A DNA stretch of 64,000 bases from Entomortierella parvispora E1425 (lineage: Eukaryota; Fungi; Mortierellomycota), in the NCBI GenBank assembly GCA_020891255.1, contig BQFW01000005.1:1488001-1552000 (forward strand), in the 5' to 3' direction. Position numbers and translations under genes: made by a program. Numbering within the stretch: the first letter of the stretch is position 1; every line of letters starts with the position of its first letter. This document shows, in pieces, positions 59,445 to 64,000 of this stretch. The notes beneath the pieces were generated by a model. The model ran no database searches and was not told the DNA's origin. It was given only the letters and a program-made list of their open reading frames with translations.

Positions 59445-60962
59445 AAATCTATAAATTTTTTTGAAGACTGAGCCTTGCTCTAAAAGAACTTCACACCGAT
59501 ACTTCTAGAGAAAGAATGAAAGAAAAGAAAGGACGAACTTGGATGAGCTGGGTTAGAGAGATGCTACTCCAACGTCATGGTTAAGTTTCCCCAGAGCTCC
59601 TGCATGAATATCGAGCAATGGTCCTGTACTCCTCTCCGTGTGCAAAGGATGATGGATGATGAAAAGTAGCAGAAGCACTGTTTCCTTGAAGGAATACCGT
59701 TTATTTTCAAAAGGGATATGTGATTTGATGACCATGCCGGCAATGGGTGACCTTGCTTTAAACAGGGACGGTTACTGCGGAAACTCTCCGTTCGTTGAAC
59801 CTCTAAGATGAAGACCGGCAAAAGGTGGAGAAAATTTCTTGCAGAAATAAAGCTCAATAACATCGCTTACCAAAAAGGAGCGTAGATTGTCCCAATTTGC
59901 GGCCTGTGCAACGAGCAACAGTGTGATGTCGTCTGAGGATAATACCAATACAGTACTCACAAAGGCAAGTGTAGAAGACAGCTGAACGTTAAAGCCTTAT
60001 CCCTTATCTTGTGGTGCTTTTGTTGTTGGTTGGCAATTCGGCCAAACTCGATCATCCCTTGCCCCGTGCCTGGGTGCGAAACCTTGCAAAAAGCTCTCAT
60101 GGAGACATCTCATCGATGATCACCTAGGCGATTCTCGGTAAGGTGACCCTTGGTCGGTACTGTATACAGTAATCCTTGGTAAAGCGACCTTGCCTTGACT
60201 AGATGCTGGTAGTTGTAAAATAGCGAACACTCACTGTGGCACTCACTGTGGCACTCAGTAGCACTCCTTCAGCCCATTCACTGTTCGAGTGGCATACGTT
60301 ACAGAGAGTCTACATGTTGTGTCTGCGCCTCTTTGACTTCCATGGGGCATCCAAATAATTGGCTCCGTGCCAAATTGCGCTCTTTGAAATTACCACCACA
60401 GTTGCTTGTTTCTCCACGAGGTTCACCTGAACATGCGGAGAGATGGTCTGAAGGAATCGCAGTTTTCACACATGTAGAGCACAATAAATCGTCATGTTTT
60501 TCCAGAGTCTGAAGAACAGATAGTCGGTGCACCAGTTAGTCTTCAGTTCATATCGGGGTATGATCAGGCATCGCTTGTCTGCAGCCAGAAGCTTCTACCG
60601 GACACCTGGATTCTGTCCAACAACAACAAAGTTGTACTCGTCCAACCTTGTCATTGCGGGTCTTGAAGGAGTTCTACTCGGTGTAGCCTATTTGTGTTGA
60701 CAGACATGCAGACAGTCCTCAGGTTGTAACTGACACCTGTGTCCATGGACAAGAACATGTCTGTGCAACCCAGATGTGCCTCGACGTCTCTTCTCCCCGC
60801 ATCCGGCAAACAGACGAACAGCCCCACGCCTCTCGACATCTATAAAAAGTACTTCCTCCTACTCTGCTTCTTCGCTCCCCTCTGTTCTCTTGCAGCCGCC
60901 CCTCCCTCGTTATTTTGTATATCCACTAATACCCGCCTTACATCATCTCCCATCCTCTCACA

Positions 60963-62587
60963 ATGTCCACCAAATACAAACTTCTTCAAAACGTATACTT
61001 TCTAGGCGGGTTCGCCACCATGGGCGGGTACGTAAATTTGATCTTCATCCTCACTACATTGCATGCCATTCTGTTGTGCCTTTAGTCCTTTGCTAACTTT
61101 CGTTTGTGAACCCTCTTTCTAGAATGCTCTTTGGTTTTGATATTTCGTCTATGTCCGGTGTTGTCGGTACCGATCGCTATCAAGATTACTTCAACCGCCC
61201 CTCCTCCTCTCTCCAAGGAGGCATCGTTGCCTCAATGGCCGCGGGTTCTTTTTGCGGCGCCCTCCTTGCTGGTCCTCTCGGAGACATCATTTCAAGGCGC
61301 CGAACGATCATGCTGGCCTCTTGCATTTGGATCATCGGCTCTATAATTCAGTGTGCAGCAGTTGGTGTCAGCATGTTGATTGTCGGTCGTATCATCAACG
61401 GAATTGCAGTCGGTTTAGCTTCTATGATTGTTCCCGTATACCAGTCCGAGATTGCCCCCAAGGAAATTCGTGGTCGCATCGTTTCACTGCAGCAATGGGC
61501 CATCACCTGGGGAATCCTGATCCAATATTTCATCCAATATGGTTGCTCCTTTATCGACTCTGATGCCGCCTTCCGTATCCCATGGGGTATCCAAATCGTC
61601 CCCGGTGCTATCCTCCTTGCCGGTATCTCGTTCTTCCCCTACTCGCCCCGTTGGCTCGCCGACAAAGGGCGCAATGAAGAGGCTCTTGAGGTTCTCGCAA
61701 ACTTGCGTGCTGGCGGTAACAAGAGCGACCCCGCAGTTCTCGCCGAATACAAAGAAATCCAGGATGCGATTACATTTGATAAGACCTTGGCAGCCCGTTC
61801 CTACGCCGAGCTGTTTCGTAAACCAGCACTCCGTCGTGTCTTCCTTGGAATGACTCTGCAATCCTGGTCGCAGCTCACCGGTATGAATGTTGCCATGTAC
61901 TACATCGTCTTCATTTTCCAGGGTGCTGGTATCGTCGGTAACGCCAACTTGCAAGCATCCTCCATCCAGTACGTCTTGAATGTTGTTATGACCATCCCTG
62001 CCATCCTTTTTATCGACAAGTGGGGACGACGCCCTGTTCTTTTAATTGGTTCTACGTTCATGGCTCTCTGGATGTTCCTCATTGGAGGCCTCATGGGCAA
62101 GTTTGGTGAGCCTGCTATCCTTGGAAACAACACGACCACAACCTGGGCCATCCGCAACAACGACGCGGCTTCCCATGCTGTGATCGCTTGCTCTTACCTC
62201 TTTGTCTGTTCCTTTGCCATTTCTTGGGGACCTGTCTCGTGGACTTATCCCGCCGAGATTTATCCTCTTCGCATTCGCTCCAAGGCCGTGTCCCTGTCCA
62301 CTGCCTCGAACTGGGCCTTCAACTTTGCTCTTGCTTACGCTGTTCCCCCATTGCTCGAGAGCATTCAGTTTAGAACCTATTTCATTTTTGGGGCTTTCTG
62401 TGTGGCTATGACGATCCACATTTTCTTCATGTTCCCAGAAACTAAGGGTCGCACTCTGGAGGAGATGGACGAGCTTTTCAATGCCGATGTCCCAGCCTGG
62501 AAAACTCGCGCCTTGCCCATTTCCAAGGCCGAGTCTGATGTTGAACAGGTCATGGAGACAAAGTATGAGAAGGCTGAAGTGAGGTAG
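60963..62587 (+). CDS. MFS sugar porter (high-affinity glucose transporter-like), one intron
   Basis: GGMLFGFDISSMSG, VYQSEIAPKEIRGR, PYSPRWLA, QLTGMNVAMYY, DKWGRRP, PETKGRTLEEM. Confidence 0.95.
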
Positions 62588-62884
62588 TACCAAAGTATTA
62601 CTAATAGCACTGAAAGTAAATAATACTCCAAACTTGCCCCTTCAACTTTTTGCAAGAGGAGTCGAAGGTCAATAACGTGCTACAAAGCATACATGGAACC
62701 ATAGTCGTTAATAGTATTATTGGGCAAGTTGATGTGTCTACGCGTTTTTAGACTTCATCGTTTCTAGTGAACCCCTGATCAACAGGGTAATCTTCATCTA
62801 TACGTCATAAGTCGTTTCCAGCGTTCGTTTGCTAACACCGTTGGCTCACTACACTTCATAGCTATCCTTGGCTAGGTCTCCACA

Positions 62885-64000
62885 TTATTTGCAGTCGTTG
62901 TGAATAACATCAGATGTGACCTTTTGCGCGACTGCGTTGACGTTTCTCGAGTAATCACATCCGGCATTGTCTTTATACTTGAGCTGCGTCTTTTGGTTAG
63001 CGCTGCTCAAGGTCTCCGTGTTGGCGCCGTTCTCCCAGAAATAGCCGGATCCATTCTGTGTCTCGGCAAGGCTCGATCTAAAGCTCTTGCCACCACTGTG
63101 GTTGTTGATGGAGGTAGAGATTCCCAAATCAACAGTGGCCGTGATGTTGAAAGAGTTGTCGGCAAACTGAATAAAGGTGACGCGTCCCTGCGACGAAGCC
63201 GTGGATTGGCTGGCATCGGTAGTTGTCACTGGCTTGGGGTGCGAGTGGTGCTGGGACTCAGCCACATTATTCAAGACTTTGGTGGTCTTGCTCGTCACCT
63301 CAATTTTCTCTGACGTACGCTGAGTCCATGTAGCTATCAAAAGAAGAGCGCACAGTTTAGAAAAGAGAATCCTGGGTAGCAACAATAAAATAAAAAAAAT
63401 AAAAAAAGGACTTACAGATGTTGGTGTCGTTCAAATAAGTTTGACCGTTGTGGTATTCAACAGTTCCCTGAACAGTGGTTTCGACCCTGCCCTTGGACGA
63501 CTCTACCCATCCCTGGACAACAAACTTTCGTGAGCTGACAATATCAAATTGGGCATCCAGGGTCTTGTTGTTGACTTTTTCGTGGATCTTCAGAGTTGGC
63601 TCAGGTGCAATCGAGCGATGGGTAAGGCCACCCTTGGTTTGCTTGCTTGCATCGTCCAACCAAAGCTGAAGGTTGGCGTCAATGAACCAGTAGCTTCCAC
63701 TGTTAGCGACCTAGGGATATTGTAGTAGGTGAGGAGCAGTGGCAGGTGAATATTGTTAGAAGGTGGTGGGTCTCCTTAAAGGGGTCGAGAAGTGTAACAA
63801 AAAAAGATATTAATAATACGTACAGCAAGCGAAATATTATGAGATTTTCCGTCAACAAGACCGCCCACGAAGGGGGTGATGTCAAAGTAGTAGGGAGGCA
63901 GGTTGAAAGAGTGGATACCAGTGGAAGGTGTCCACAAAGTAGGGATCTAAATGTTCAAAGAGATTCCGTTTTCAGTTTTCGAACTTCAAAAAAAAAAAAA
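62885..64000 (-). CDS. PNGase A-like peptide-N4-asparagine amidase, 3' part, multi-exon
   Basis: Minus-strand frame LWTPSTGIHSFNLPPYYFDITPFVGGLVDGKSHNISL and WFIDANLQLWLD resemble the PNGase A family; the gene continues beyond the window. Confidence 0.75.

Noticed and set aside
60158-60171. LexA/SOS box
   Set aside because: CTGT-ACAG spacing is 2 nt rather than 8, and the context is eukaryotic.
2800-62700. Numerous antisense or alternate-frame ORFs in the track
   Set aside because: They are shadows of TE pol genes or host CDS (duplicated with the repeats) and have no independent motifs.

Overview
Eukaryotic (fungal) genomic DNA with spliceosomal introns; gene content and TE types suggest an early-diverging fungus, probably Mortierellaceae (inference). 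Positions ~710-36,120 are a gene-free, deeply nested transposon island. It holds four chromodomain-bearing Ty3/gypsy families (here A, B, C, E), solo LTRs of a fifth family (D, 4-bp TSD), a fragmented non-LTR retrotransposon, and a Crypton-type tyrosine-recombinase element split into two oppositely oriented halves. Mismatched target-site duplications point to LTR-mediated deletions and an ~18.6-kb inversion (or mis-assembly). At the island's right edge are a truncated XPG/PIN-like nuclease pseudogene and a 177-bp tandem duplication whose two hairpins show compensatory base changes. From ~38.5 kb the window is ordinary gene-dense DNA: NAD(P)HX epimerase, fibrillarin, AZUL-HECT E3 ligase, SET methyltransferase, UTP25, BMT6-like, amino-acid permease, NMT1, sugar transporter and PNGase A-like. 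Many single-base frameshifts fall in homopolymers and may be sequencing errors.
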